Virus record (IMG/VR): IMGVR_UViG_3300044638_008303 | Coordinates: 1-64,000 of that record | Source of the DNA: a virus | Reading direction: 5' to 3' (one strand) | Length of the DNA stretch: 64,000 nt | In this document: positions 37,537 to 48,700 of the stretch, one piece after another | Layout: each line of letters opens with the position of its first letter | Position numbering within the stretch: the stretch's first letter is position 1 | Program-made: the position numbers and the translations under genes | Notes under the pieces: model-generated | Told to the model about the DNA's origin: nothing | Databases searched by the model: none | The model's input: the letters and a program-made list of their open reading frames with translations, nothing else

Positions 37537-38742
37537 ATGCACATACTTGAACAATATGCTTTAAATTGTGGTTTAAAAATAGGTAAGCCACATATATATG
37601 AAAAATTTTTTCCAATGCCTTTTGAAAAATATCTTACTTTCAATCCATTTGGAAAATTTAATTCTAGAAAATATTCTTATTGGCAAGAAGTCGTAGATTT
37701 ACTGCTTCCTATATTAAATAAACATAATATACATATAGTTCAAATAGGTGGTAAAGATGAGCGAGGATACCAGAACTGTTTTCAATTAATGGGTCAAACA
37801 AGTTTTAACCAAACCGCACACATTATTAATAATAGTTTATTACATTTTGGCGTGGATAGTTTTCCAATACATATAGCTTCTCATTTTGATAAAAAAATTG
37901 TAGGACTTTATTGTAACATGTATGCTTCACAATCAAAACCATACTGGTCAAATGAAAAAAATGTAATCTTATTACAGGCAGATTTAAACGGTAAAAAGCC
38001 TTCTTATGCCGCAGAAGAAAATCCTAAAACAATTGATCGAATTAAACCCGAAACAATCGCTAATTCAATTATAAAATTATTAAATTTAGAAGAAAAAATA
38101 AATTTTGAAACAACATTTATTGGTGATAAATATGGACATCTGCTTTTGGAATCAACGCCCTCAACAATTGTGCCACCAAATATTTTACCAAATATTTTAT
38201 TAAATATAAGATTTGATTATGTTAAAACGATTGAAGAAAAAGATTATGTATCAATTTTTAACAATTTAAATATTAGAGACTGTGCCTTTATTACCGATAA
38301 GTTTATTGATCTCAAGAAGTTTTATAATTTAAAACATAAAATTAAAAATATATTTTATGATATTAGTTCTACAGAAATAGATTTTAATTTTTTAAATGAG
38401 CTATATAGTTTAAATTTTAAAGTCGATTTTGTTTTTAATAAGTCAAAAGAGCCAAATGAAGAAATATTAAATTCTAAAAAACTTCAATTAATTAACCACC
38501 AGGAAGTAATAAATGTTATTGAAAACTCTAATCAAGATTTTAAAAATTTAACACAATCAAGTTTATTTTATAAAAGCAAAAAATTATTATTTGATAATAA
38601 TAGCATTTACTTAAGTAAAGCTGGTTATTTAGAAAATAAACCTATAATTGTAAATGATTTAAATATATCTCAAAAAATTTCTGAAATCAGTAATATTGAT
38701 AATTTAAAAGAAGACTTTGATTATATATTATTATATAAATAA
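37537..38742 (+). CDS. GT9 (heptosyltransferase-like) C-terminal half plus extension
   Basis: RKY.YW, IVQIGG, GQTSFNQ and GVDSFPIHIA...KIVGLY. Confidence 0.75.
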   Translation: MHILEQYALNCGLKIGKPHIYEKFFPMPFEKYLTFNPFGKFNSRKYSYWQEVVDLLLPILNKHNIHIVQIGGKDERGYQNCFQLMGQTSFNQTAHIINNSLLHFGVDSFPIHIASHFDKKIVGLYCNMYASQSKPYWSNEKNVILLQADLNGKKPSYAAEENPKTIDRIKPETIANSIIKLLNLEEKINFETTFIGDKYGHLLLESTPSTIVPPNILPNILLNIRFDYVKTIEEKDYVSIFNNLNIRDCAFITDKFIDLKKFYNLKHKIKNIFYDISSTEIDFNFLNELYSLNFKVDFVFNKSKEPNEEILNSKKLQLINHQEVINVIENSNQDFKNLTQSSLFYKSKKLLFDNNSIYLSKAGYLENKPIIVNDLNISQKISEISNIDNLKEDFDYILLYK

Positions 38743-38746
38743 TAGT

Positions 38747-38775
38747 TTGACATTTTAAGCAAAATTTAAGATACT
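38747..38775 (+). promoter_or_regulatory. sigma70-like promoter, leaderless configuration
   Basis: TTGACA-N17-GATACT ending 6 nt before ATG 38782. Confidence 0.7.
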
Positions 38776-38781
38776 TATCTT

Positions 38782-39540
38782 ATGTCAGATAAAATCGTTT
38801 ATAAATATAAAGATACTGTTAATAAATTTAAAAGGGATGTTAATGGTCTATTAGAATGCATTAATTATATCTTTAATCAAGATAATACGATAAATTGGAG
38901 ATCAATGATAAACAAAGAGTATCTTGTTCCCAATAGAGACTCTTTTAAAAATCAAAAAGATATCAATTTAAAAGAAATTGATGTTACAACCCTTGCGGAT
39001 AACCAACTTCTTATTCTTTTAGCCGGAATAAAAGAACTAGCTCAAATACGTGGATATACAAATGTTAATTATGACATTGTTCAGGCCCAACCAGATTATG
39101 TAGCGGTTAAATGTACAATTGATTGGATACCCAATTATGAAACAGCTATGGAAAAAGTTTCGTTTTCTGCTTTAGCAGACGCTCATCTTGATAATACCAA
39201 GGATTTTGCAAAAAACTTTTTGATGGCTATTGCTGAAAATCGCGCATTTATTCGTGCAGTTCGTAGCTTCCTTAAAATTAATATTGTTGGTAATGATGAA
39301 ATGGGAAAAACAACACACATTGATTCAGAAGTCGAGCCAAATACGTTAGCAACACAACCAATTGCCCTACTCCAAAAGACAATGGAAGAATATAATATTT
39401 CGTTTGAACAAATTAAAGAGAGGGCCGTTCAGAAAAAAATGGAAAATGCCGAAGAATGGTCTAAAATTGAAGATATTTCTCCGCTAGCTATGTTTACTAT
39501 CATAAGTGGAATTAAGAATAAAAATAATAAAAAATCTTAA
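38782..39540 (+). CDS. Putative single-strand annealing protein (Rad52/Sak-like)
   Basis: GIKELA..RG and AIAENRAFIRAVR motifs. Confidence 0.5.
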   Translation: MSDKIVYKYKDTVNKFKRDVNGLLECINYIFNQDNTINWRSMINKEYLVPNRDSFKNQKDINLKEIDVTTLADNQLLILLAGIKELAQIRGYTNVNYDIVQAQPDYVAVKCTIDWIPNYETAMEKVSFSALADAHLDNTKDFAKNFLMAIAENRAFIRAVRSFLKINIVGNDEMGKTTHIDSEVEPNTLATQPIALLQKTMEEYNISFEQIKERAVQKKMENAEEWSKIEDISPLAMFTIISGIKNKNNKKS

Positions 39541-40527
39541 TCATGTAGAAGATGAAGAACTTCCACGGTCTTCTCTAAAGATTTTTTTGCAATCTTCTTC
39601 TTTATAATCATCTATTCCCGGATTACCAATTCTAGCAGAATCTTCAAATGTATCCCAATTCATTGTTGCACAAGCGTTTCTATTAACGGTCGAAATAGAT
39701 CCATTGATAATTGCCGACGATGAAATAAGATTAGGAAAAGAATTATTTCCAAACATTTGAATTACATTACCTTCAAAAGCGATTCCTCCAATTGTTTGAA
39801 GATTCCAGGGTCCGCCTTGAATAAGATCCCTCTCTGGTCTACCATCCAAACTTGAGATTCTTGAGACCGAAGAAAAAGCAGGCCCATTTATTCCAAGTGC
39901 GGGGCCAAACATTAAAATTACTCTAGGCCAATATTGACCTCTTGTAACTACAACATCACTAAAATCTATGGATAAAAAACCATTATTGGTTAGTCCAAAA
40001 TGATAAGAACCTATTGCAGTAGATCCTTCATTTACATCATTACGAAACGAACCTAAAACATTTTTAAGTTTGTTATCTAAATTTAATGGATTTTTACTAT
40101 TCTGGTCTTTTGGGGTTCCAATAATTTTTGCTTTACCTTGTGTAATTCCATAATTAATACCAGGTAGGGTTACACGAACTTTAGAACGGCCAATTACAGA
40201 AACTTGGGTTTGAGTGCTAAAGCTTACAACGCTTGCCTGTATAGCCCCTATCGCAGCGTTTAGGCCAGCTAAAGCGCCGACTATACCACCTGCTGTTCCC
40301 CCAGCAGATCCAAAAGCGCCGAAAGCATCTGTTGGTAAAATAGCAAAAGCTGAACATGTAAAAGTTCTATGCCTCCAAAATAATTTAGCAAATTGGCTTT
40401 GAGTAAACCAAACTGGCCTATCCGAACCAGGACCAGTTACAAAACTTCTTTCTGGTCTATTTTCAGGATTATCTAAATAAAAATTTCCTAAAACATTAAC
40501 ATTATTAAATATTCTTTTTTTACTCAT
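39541..40527 (-). CDS. Hypothetical virion protein
   Basis: Gly/Ala hydrophobic segment and C-terminal GSSSSST; end of the structural operon. Confidence 0.65.
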   Translation of the reverse strand: MSKKRIFNNVNVLGNFYLDNPENRPERSFVTGPGSDRPVWFTQSQFAKLFWRHRTFTCSAFAILPTDAFGAFGSAGGTAGGIVGALAGLNAAIGAIQASVVSFSTQTQVSVIGRSKVRVTLPGINYGITQGKAKIIGTPKDQNSKNPLNLDNKLKNVLGSFRNDVNEGSTAIGSYHFGLTNNGFLSIDFSDVVVTRGQYWPRVILMFGPALGINGPAFSSVSRISSLDGRPERDLIQGGPWNLQTIGGIAFEGNVIQMFGNNSFPNLISSSAIINGSISTVNRNACATMNWDTFEDSARIGNPGIDDYKEEDCKKIFREDRGSSSSST

Positions 40528-40546
40528 TTATATTATATGATAATTT

Positions 40547-41245
40547 TTAATTTCCGGCATCATTAGGATTTTTTAAAATACTAAAATGTCTACGACCCCC
40601 ATTCCCAAGATATGGAAATGGCACTGCACAAGGAATACCACTTGCTACTGTTGCTACCATTATTAGATCGCTGTCTAGAATTTGAAGCCATGTTGGAACA
40701 GATGACGATGAAGATGATGACTGACCATCTGGATTAGAAGGTGGTGCGATACTAGAACTGGATGACGGAACTTGATTTTTTTGGTCGCTATTTTTAAATT
40801 CATCGTCTAAGGTATAACCTATTAATGCGTAAGCTTTCGTTTGTCTAGCTCCAGCTCTATAAGTTTTTAAACGACCATCAGGGTGAAACTCAAAACCAGG
40901 TTCTATTTTATATAATTCTGGATAATTAGTCCAACCACCAGCAGGAGCTTGTTTTCCAACTTTTTCGCATTTAACACTAGCCCCAGAGACTTGAAGATTT
41001 GATAAAATGGTAAATTCTAAGTATAATTTTTCATTTTTTTCTTTATAGGGAATATTTTTTTCAAGATTGTCAATCGGAACAAAAGATCCAGTATCATAAG
41101 AATATTTAGAAAAAACAACCCCAGGACCAACCATAAAATTTACGCCTTGACTTTGACCAGATGCTTCTAGTATTTTAAATGAAATATTTAATTCTTGTTG
41201 AGGGCTTTCCACAAAATTAAAACGATTTCTTTTACTTGAGTTCAT
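40547..41245 (-). CDS. Hypothetical virion protein with Ser tracts
   Basis: PSSSSSIAPPSNPDGQSSSSSSSVP. Confidence 0.65.
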   Translation of the reverse strand: MNSSKRNRFNFVESPQQELNISFKILEASGQSQGVNFMVGPGVVFSKYSYDTGSFVPIDNLEKNIPYKEKNEKLYLEFTILSNLQVSGASVKCEKVGKQAPAGGWTNYPELYKIEPGFEFHPDGRLKTYRAGARQTKAYALIGYTLDDEFKNSDQKNQVPSSSSSIAPPSNPDGQSSSSSSSVPTWLQILDSDLIMVATVASGIPCAVPFPYLGNGGRRHFSILKNPNDAGN

Positions 41246-41256
41246 ATTTATTTTAT

Positions 41257-44200
41257 TTAAATAACTCCGGTTATTCTAAAATTAAAACCACTAATCCCAG
41301 TATTATTTATATTTTTGATTACCAATTCTGCAACGTCAATATTTGAGTTGGAAGCTGCATTTAATTGATTAAAATAACCAATAGTCGTATTTATAACAAA
41401 TGGGAATTCTCTCTCAAAAAATTGGTTATTAGTATATAAACCACTAATTCCTATATAATTATTTTCTCTAAAATTAATTTGATTCGTTAATGAAAAACCA
41501 GTTGATAAACCCCATATTCCAGAAAAATTTCTAATACCTTGAAAAGTTGACACGTTACCAGTAATATTTCCAGAACCAGAATTATTAGAATAAAATCCAG
41601 TCCCTAAAAGAAGTTCAGAAATATTACCAGTCATAATTGGATCTCTATTTACTCGTTGAGATGTAAAAGTTGAAACTCCAAATTCATCTATATCTAAAAT
41701 TCTTTCTCTAACAATTTTATATAATCTTGGGTAAAAATCAGTTCCAGATAAATAATTTATAATTTCTACACCGGTAGAATTAAAAAGTATATTTATATTA
41801 CCAGAAGAACCACTAATATTGCTATTTAATATAATTGTATCGTTGTCCCCAGTTGTAGCTGTTACTAAAAATAAACCTGGATCATTATTAATTGTATTAA
41901 TAAATACATTATTATTATTAAAATAAATTGGGGGTAAGAAAGAAGTATTATCAGAATTGAATGTTAAATCATTTCCATTTATAGATATAAAGTCAAAATT
42001 ATTTATATTATTATAATTTATAGAAATTATAGCTTCAGAATTAATAAATCCAGTTGGTTCTGGATAATAAGCAAACCGATCTCCAACTGGTGTTCCAGTA
42101 AAAACTAATCGACCAGTAGCATTTAATCTGCCACTAATAGTATTTCCAGAAACAATTCCTGTTATTGGATAATAACCAAGTACATCATATTTTACATACT
42201 CAACATTTTCAATTGTAGAATCAAAAGTTCCATTTGAAACTATTTCATGATACTGTACTGGGGAGCTTGCTAATCTGCCACCAAAAAGTAATTCTTGGTT
42301 AATAACCTCTGTTTTTACTGCTATTGCGTTTCCACTTATAATCCCACGCCCAGTAACAATTCCAGATATTGTTTCAGAAAAATATACAGATTGCGTTAAT
42401 GGGTTGTAAAAATAACGACTATTATCTGTATAAAAAACATTTCCGACACCAAGACCAGATGTTGTTAAAAATCCAGTTCCGCTTTCGCTAATAATTCTTC
42501 CAGAAACTTTATTAAAAATGACTAATTGTTCATTTTCTTCTATTTTTCTAACAAAAGGTGTCGCAAAAAATTTATAAATACCACTATCTTCTGGAATCAT
42601 CCTATAATTCCAAATACCAGAAATTTCTATTGGAAAAATTCCTTCTACATCAATAATATAATCTGCACCGATTGTGCATAGGGGCATAGATTTGTGTTCT
42701 GTTAAACTTCCTGTATCTAAAGTATATAAATTAACCTGTTGTACATAAAATGAGTCTTTTTGTAATAGAAGATCATCTGGATAAGAAATAAATCCAGATA
42801 GAGATACTCGATATTTATCATAAATTTTACTAATATCAAAACCAATATCTTGCGAATTTTGTAAAGAAGAGTTTAATCCTGGAAGATTTAAATTATTAAC
42901 GTTAAAATTCCATCCAGTTCTTATGATATGGTATTCTCCGATTGAATCCCCACCAGCACCGCCAGGTGGCCCTTCACCCGCTGCTTCACCACCCCCTCCT
43001 CCGGCCCCACCATCTCCACACAACTCTTGATTACTATTAGTTTGAACTAAATTACCGCTAGCGTCAATAGTATATTTTTTACATTCTTCTTTTGGAATGC
43101 TTACTGTTATCTCTTTAAAGGTTACGCTCGGCGGACATAAAGGATTTTGATTAAAAGTTACAGTTCGCTGTTGTTCACGTAATATAACATCTTTGCAACC
43201 TGAAGGGCCAGGAGGTTCTTCTCCCGGTTCGGGTAGACCTTCTTCTTCTTCTTCTTCTTCTTCTAAACCGCCACCCTCAGAACCCATAGACCTTTGAATC
43301 CTTTCAATTTTTGCAAAATCTCCAGATAAATTATTACGAACATCTAAAGTCTCCCATAATTGAGTGTTTTTGTTAAATCCTTCTAATTGAATATCTATAG
43401 GAACTAAATAATTCCAGCCTTTAAAAAATTGAGATGGAAGCCTTGTTTGTGAAAATATAGAAATTGAATAAGTCATATCACTTACGTCTTTTATTTGTGG
43501 GTAAGACCTCAAGGATATAAAATCAATTCTATTATTAAAATGACTTATTGGTAACATTCCAGTTTCTCCAGTATTTTTATAAAACTCCATCAGTTTTCCT
43601 GTAACAAATATTCCAGATTCTGTATTTTTTAAACATTCATAAGGATACCAAACTGGATAAGTCTCTAATATATTTACTTTTGCATTTAATTGGTCAACAA
43701 GAGAATCTAATGAATTAAAATCATTAGGATAATATAGTCTAAAACCAGTATTTAAATATGGTGGATAGTTACCCAAATGTAATTCTGAATATAATTTAGG
43801 AAAATTATAATTATAAAAACGCCAATCAATGTAGTCTCCACTAGACCAGTTATTATATAAAAGATATCCACTATAAATTAGATTCGTATATCTAATTTCC
43901 TCTCCACTTATTGAGACAAGACTATTATTAACTTCTGCAGTCTTAATTTCTGTCATTCTTGCTTTGGCAGAAACGCCTGATAAAAATAATTGAAAAGCTC
44001 CAGAATCTCTTAAATCGCCAGTAAAACAAATCTCCTCTGGTTCTGGGGTCCCTGCGACTTCACACTTACGATTTTTTGCGCAAAAATCTTGGAGTTCGTT
44101 AAAAGTTAAAACACTTAAAGTATTAAAATTTTGAGTATATAATATGGGATTTTTTTCTAAATTTAATACGTAAGCTTTTCCAGTTGCCGTGTTTATATCA

Positions 44201-45681
44201 ATATTTCCAGTATAAACAGTACGTCCCGATAAAACTCCAGAAACAACAATATCTATAGCATAAGAAAAAACATTGTTAGGCGTAAGACCCCCAATTGCCA
44301 TTCCGGTACTAACATCATATGTAGCCCATGCTCTATCATTCGTAAAATAAGCCAAATAACCGCTGTTTCTTGGTTGTTGTGGCCTAATACTTATTAATTG
44401 TTTATGATAATTACCAATAATATCTCTAGAATCATTTACTCCATAATTAATATGAAATCTATTTTGACCGCCCAAGCGTGTTGAAGTATCTAATTTTAAA
44501 ATAACGCCAGCTTCTTGATTATGAAAACCCGAAAGACCATAGCCAGAAAATTCTTTACCATATTCTAACCAACTCTCATTAGAAGTAATTAATGGTAATC
44601 TAGATTTATCAATTTTTTTATTTTCTATAAATATACCAGAGCCAGTTTCGTTGTATAACTTGATAAAAGTATCTTTAGTGTAATAAAGAGATCCCGTATC
44701 TAAACATTTACCAATACAAGAACCGGAGACGCCTTCAATATTCACTGTTACGTTTTTACCAGCCGGAAACCATTGTTCATTTCCTGGTTGAAAAATTGAA
44801 ACTATACCTGATCCAGTTAAGCCTAAAAGACTAACAACTCCATCCGTATCTAATGTAAAAAGTGGTGAAGAGGTACTATAAAATAGTGGTAAATTGCTAT
44901 TAGTGGTTGCTTGTAAAGAAAATGGCGGGCTAGTTATTACTTTATTATAAATATCAAAAGGTGTCGAAATAAATTGATTTTGCTTTTGGGCTGGACATGT
45001 CAAACATACGACTTCATATTCAAAACTAGTTGAAGACAATGTGGGGGATGTTGCTGTAAAGATTTTCGCCCTAAATCTATAAGTATCACCAGCAACGACA
45101 TTTAGAGGAATAAAATTCTCATTAACAGTGGCAATTCCATCTTGGTTATTGTCTCCATAAAAAGATTGTTCGCCTAAAACAATTTTATAATTAACTGTTG
45201 AAGTAGTATTAAAAGTGAAATCTTTTTCAAAATGCCATCCATTATAATATAAATTATGAGAAGCAAGATTTTGACTATTCGGGCTGCTACCAATAATAGA
45301 ACTATTGTTAGAAACAAAATTAACAAGTAATCCAGGTTGAGAAGCTGGAGTCCCACCAACCGTATATGCTTTAGTATTTTTATTAAAGGTAATTTTTGCC
45401 GTAACAGTACTATTTGCGGCCACATCAAGAGGAATTGGTCCTAAAGACGAGCGCAGAACGGCTATATTATTTGTCCCCCTACCGTACCAAATGTTTAAAC
45501 TTGTGTTAAGACCTTCCCAAACTCTAAATGGGTAGCTTTTTTGTATTGGAGCATTGGGGAATCCAAAATATCCTACAAGCAAATTTGAATCTGTTTGGCT
45601 GGAGAATAGTTGACCACTAACGCTTAAAGCGTCTAATCCAAATGGCCAGTCGCCACTACCCTGTATATAATAATTTGCCAT
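41257..45681 (-). CDS. Large virion/tail protein (1474 aa), [S/T]G-rich, with an Ig-like module
   Basis: Ig-like QNQFI...ATTNSNLPL...QPGN..W.PA; poly-Glu and Gly/Pro linkers. Confidence 0.75.
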   Translation of the reverse strand: MANYYIQGSGDWPFGLDALSVSGQLFSSQTDSNLLVGYFGFPNAPIQKSYPFRVWEGLNTSLNIWYGRGTNNIAVLRSSLGPIPLDVAANSTVTAKITFNKNTKAYTVGGTPASQPGLLVNFVSNNSSIIGSSPNSQNLASHNLYYNGWHFEKDFTFNTTSTVNYKIVLGEQSFYGDNNQDGIATVNENFIPLNVVAGDTYRFRAKIFTATSPTLSSTSFEYEVVCLTCPAQKQNQFISTPFDIYNKVITSPPFSLQATTNSNLPLFYSTSSPLFTLDTDGVVSLLGLTGSGIVSIFQPGNEQWFPAGKNVTVNIEGVSGSCIGKCLDTGSLYYTKDTFIKLYNETGSGIFIENKKIDKSRLPLITSNESWLEYGKEFSGYGLSGFHNQEAGVILKLDTSTRLGGQNRFHINYGVNDSRDIIGNYHKQLISIRPQQPRNSGYLAYFTNDRAWATYDVSTGMAIGGLTPNNVFSYAIDIVVSGVLSGRTVYTGNIDINTATGKAYVLNLEKNPILYTQNFNTLSVLTFNELQDFCAKNRKCEVAGTPEPEEICFTGDLRDSGAFQLFLSGVSAKARMTEIKTAEVNNSLVSISGEEIRYTNLIYSGYLLYNNWSSGDYIDWRFYNYNFPKLYSELHLGNYPPYLNTGFRLYYPNDFNSLDSLVDQLNAKVNILETYPVWYPYECLKNTESGIFVTGKLMEFYKNTGETGMLPISHFNNRIDFISLRSYPQIKDVSDMTYSISIFSQTRLPSQFFKGWNYLVPIDIQLEGFNKNTQLWETLDVRNNLSGDFAKIERIQRSMGSEGGGLEEEEEEEEGLPEPGEEPPGPSGCKDVILREQQRTVTFNQNPLCPPSVTFKEITVSIPKEECKKYTIDASGNLVQTNSNQELCGDGGAGGGGGEAAGEGPPGGAGGDSIGEYHIIRTGWNFNVNNLNLPGLNSSLQNSQDIGFDISKIYDKYRVSLSGFISYPDDLLLQKDSFYVQQVNLYTLDTGSLTEHKSMPLCTIGADYIIDVEGIFPIEISGIWNYRMIPEDSGIYKFFATPFVRKIEENEQLVIFNKVSGRIISESGTGFLTTSGLGVGNVFYTDNSRYFYNPLTQSVYFSETISGIVTGRGIISGNAIAVKTEVINQELLFGGRLASSPVQYHEIVSNGTFDSTIENVEYVKYDVLGYYPITGIVSGNTISGRLNATGRLVFTGTPVGDRFAYYPEPTGFINSEAIISINYNNINNFDFISINGNDLTFNSDNTSFLPPIYFNNNNVFINTINNDPGLFLVTATTGDNDTIILNSNISGSSGNINILFNSTGVEIINYLSGTDFYPRLYKIVRERILDIDEFGVSTFTSQRVNRDPIMTGNISELLLGTGFYSNNSGSGNITGNVSTFQGIRNFSGIWGLSTGFSLTNQINFRENNYIGISGLYTNNQFFEREFPFVINTTIGYFNQLNAASNSNIDVAELVIKNINNTGISGFNFRITGVI

Positions 45682-45711
45682 TTATATAATTTTCCTTATT
45701 CCTTTATAAAA

Positions 45712-45717
45712 TTACAC
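45712..45717 (-). promoter_or_regulatory. GTGTAA motif followed by an AAGGAATAAGG leader
   Basis: 30 nt before ATG 45681. Confidence 0.5.
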
Positions 45718-45778
45718 TATATTATTTATTATGATACCAATACAATCTACAGAGTTATTAACATAAAATTGTGAATTA

Positions 45779-48700
45779 TTAATATTTAATTAAAGCATCA
45801 ATACCACTCAAAATATTATTATTTAAAGAAATTTTTTCCATTGGAGTATGATATAATGGTTGGTTTAATAGATTATTTTCAAAACCTGGGGGGGTTACAA
45901 TCCCGCCCCCATCTACAGGTGGGTTAATCCCTGGTATAAAACATTCATAACCAGGTTTAATGTCCCAAGAACCATTTGGGCAAACTGGATTAAATTGAAG
46001 ATCTTGACATGACACGCATACAAACTCATTTAATGCGAATGGTGTGAATTTATGTACAGTACTATTACGTCCTATTTCACTACAGCGTCTTTCAGAAGTA
46101 ACTTGATATATACTTTCAAATCTAAGATAACATTCATTAAGCGTTGAGCAACACCAACATTGTCCCGCGCTACCAGCGTCAGTTTCACAACAACCAAACA
46201 CAAAATCTGACAAATTTATACATTCGTTCGCATAAAATTTTAAATCACCGCTGTTAAGAACAGTTAATATATTACGCCCAAAATTAAACTTTATCAAATC
46301 TGATTTTTGATTTGCGATTGTAAATGTTGGTGGCTCATTTACTCCAAGAAGAGAGGCGTCATAAACAGTATATCCATAACCAGAAATAAACTTAATTTTT
46401 GGATCTATTGAGTTATTAAAGCTCACAGCTGGTAGATCAAAACTCTGACCAATTTTATCATCTTGATTGTCTCCATATAAGTCAGGAGAAAATCTTTTCC
46501 AATTATTGTTTTCTTTTGAATATTTTTCAAAAACTACAATACCTGCAGTATTAAACTCTGATTGATCATCAGTACCGATACATCCGATACTACGATAACT
46601 TGGATACCCATCAAATCTTTGTACTAATTGAACTTTATAACCGTATTGCATATTAGATCTCCAACCATGATTTATATCATAATTTGTATCAGTATCAGAA
46701 GGGCCGATAATTAATCCATTAAATTTATTTTTAGAAATAAAAATACTACTAAAATTAGAACTATTAATAGAGTCTATTAAATTCCAAGTTTCTCCGTAAT
46801 CATAAGAAATATAAACATTATCAACTGATGTGGCAATTTGAATTTCTCCATTATCATTTATAGCGATATCAATCCAATTATTTGTAATACTTTTTCCGAC
46901 CCAAGATTGTCCATAATTTCTTGAAACAAAAATTTGGATATTATTACCAACTACCGTTTGAAATTGACCGTCTAAACTCATATCAACTTTTTGGTAAGGT
47001 CTAGAGAATTGACGTAAAACCCAGTTAACTCCATAATCATCAGAAGTATGAATGTTACCATTAAAAGCAACGGCTGTTTGATATTTACCATCTTTTGAAA
47101 TAGAAACACTTCTCCAATTTTTATTAGTTAATAATACAGGATGATTAATAGTAGACCAGTTAACTCCATAATCATTAGATCTATAAATTCTATTATTGGA
47201 AGCAACCGCAATTTGTATTTGACCATTTGAACTAATTTTAATAGACTCCCAAGAATTTACTATTCCTCGAAGCGTCCAATTTTTTCCAAAATTATCTGAC
47301 ACATAGATATTATCATTAAAAGCAACGGCTGTTTGATATTTACCATTTTCTGAAATAGCAACATCTTTCCACTGCTTATTAGTATTAACTACGGGGTGAA
47401 CAACTTCGTTCCATGTAATTCCATAATTTCTGGAAGTAAATACTTTTCCATTATTTACTACTATTGTTTGAAAAATAGCATCATAACTTGATCCAATTTT
47501 ACAATTTCCAAGTAAAAATGGGTTTGGAGATTTTGGTGACAATGAAATCTGATTAAAATTTTTACCAGAATTAATAGAAAACCACCCATTATTAGAATTT
47601 GTAATTAAACCAATAATATAATTATATTTTTCTTTATTTTTATTTAAAGCCGTTGTAATTAATTCGGCATTTACAACCGCTGTATTAAAATCCACTACCG
47701 ACCAAGAGATTCCATAATCCTTAGACTCATAAACACTAGTTAAAGTACAAGCTAATTGAATATCACCACGACCGTTTAAACTAACACTATTCCAACTTAA
47801 TTCTGTAAATGATTCTATCCAAGTGACTCCATAATCATGAGATACAAAAATTTTACTCATTTCAGCTACAGCTGTTTGAAACTGTCCGGTATCACTTATA
47901 TCAAGCTTTTTCCATTGTTTCGCTCCTTGGTATCCTTGAGACCAAGTGGCTCCATAATCATTAGATCTATAAATTTCGCCAATACCAGAAGACTCATTCC
48001 AAGCAAGAGCGGTTTGATATTTACCGTCTTCAGACATTGCAATTGCCGTCCAATTTTTAATAATATTAATCGTAGTTAAGTTATTACCATTATAAACTAA
48101 TATATTTCCATTATTTTCTAATATTGTTTTATATCCGTTATTAGAAGACCAATCTTTCGTAGCTGCCATAGCCGCATCCCTATCATCAATTCCAATAATT
48201 TCTAGATCTGGGTTAAAAGGTCCTGGTGGTAATACCGTAGAAGACAAACCTACAGGATAATAATCTAAAAGAAGTTGGTGTCGAACTAAACGATCCCAAT
48301 AGAAAGAACCTCCCCTTTTTATAAAATTTGGATCATGATTTGTAGGCCCATTATATACATTTCCCCATGCCAACCATAAACTAAGATTATTTGTATTACT
48401 TAGGTCTGGTTTAACTAATGATATGTCTCGCCAAACCCTCCTATCAAAAATCGTAATATCATCATAGTATTGGTTTGTAAAATTGACAACTTTAAATCTA
48501 GACATCGCCGGTGGACTGTCAAAAAAACTGATATCAACAATTCCACCACCCACTAAAACAGGATCAGATATACTAGGCTCTATGAACTCTTCTCTATCGT
48601 CAAAAAATTTAGATTTCCAGTTTGCGAAATAATTTTGTTTAGGATTCGCATAATAAGTTACAGTATTTCTAGCCATTGCTAATAAATTAGCTCTTGAATC

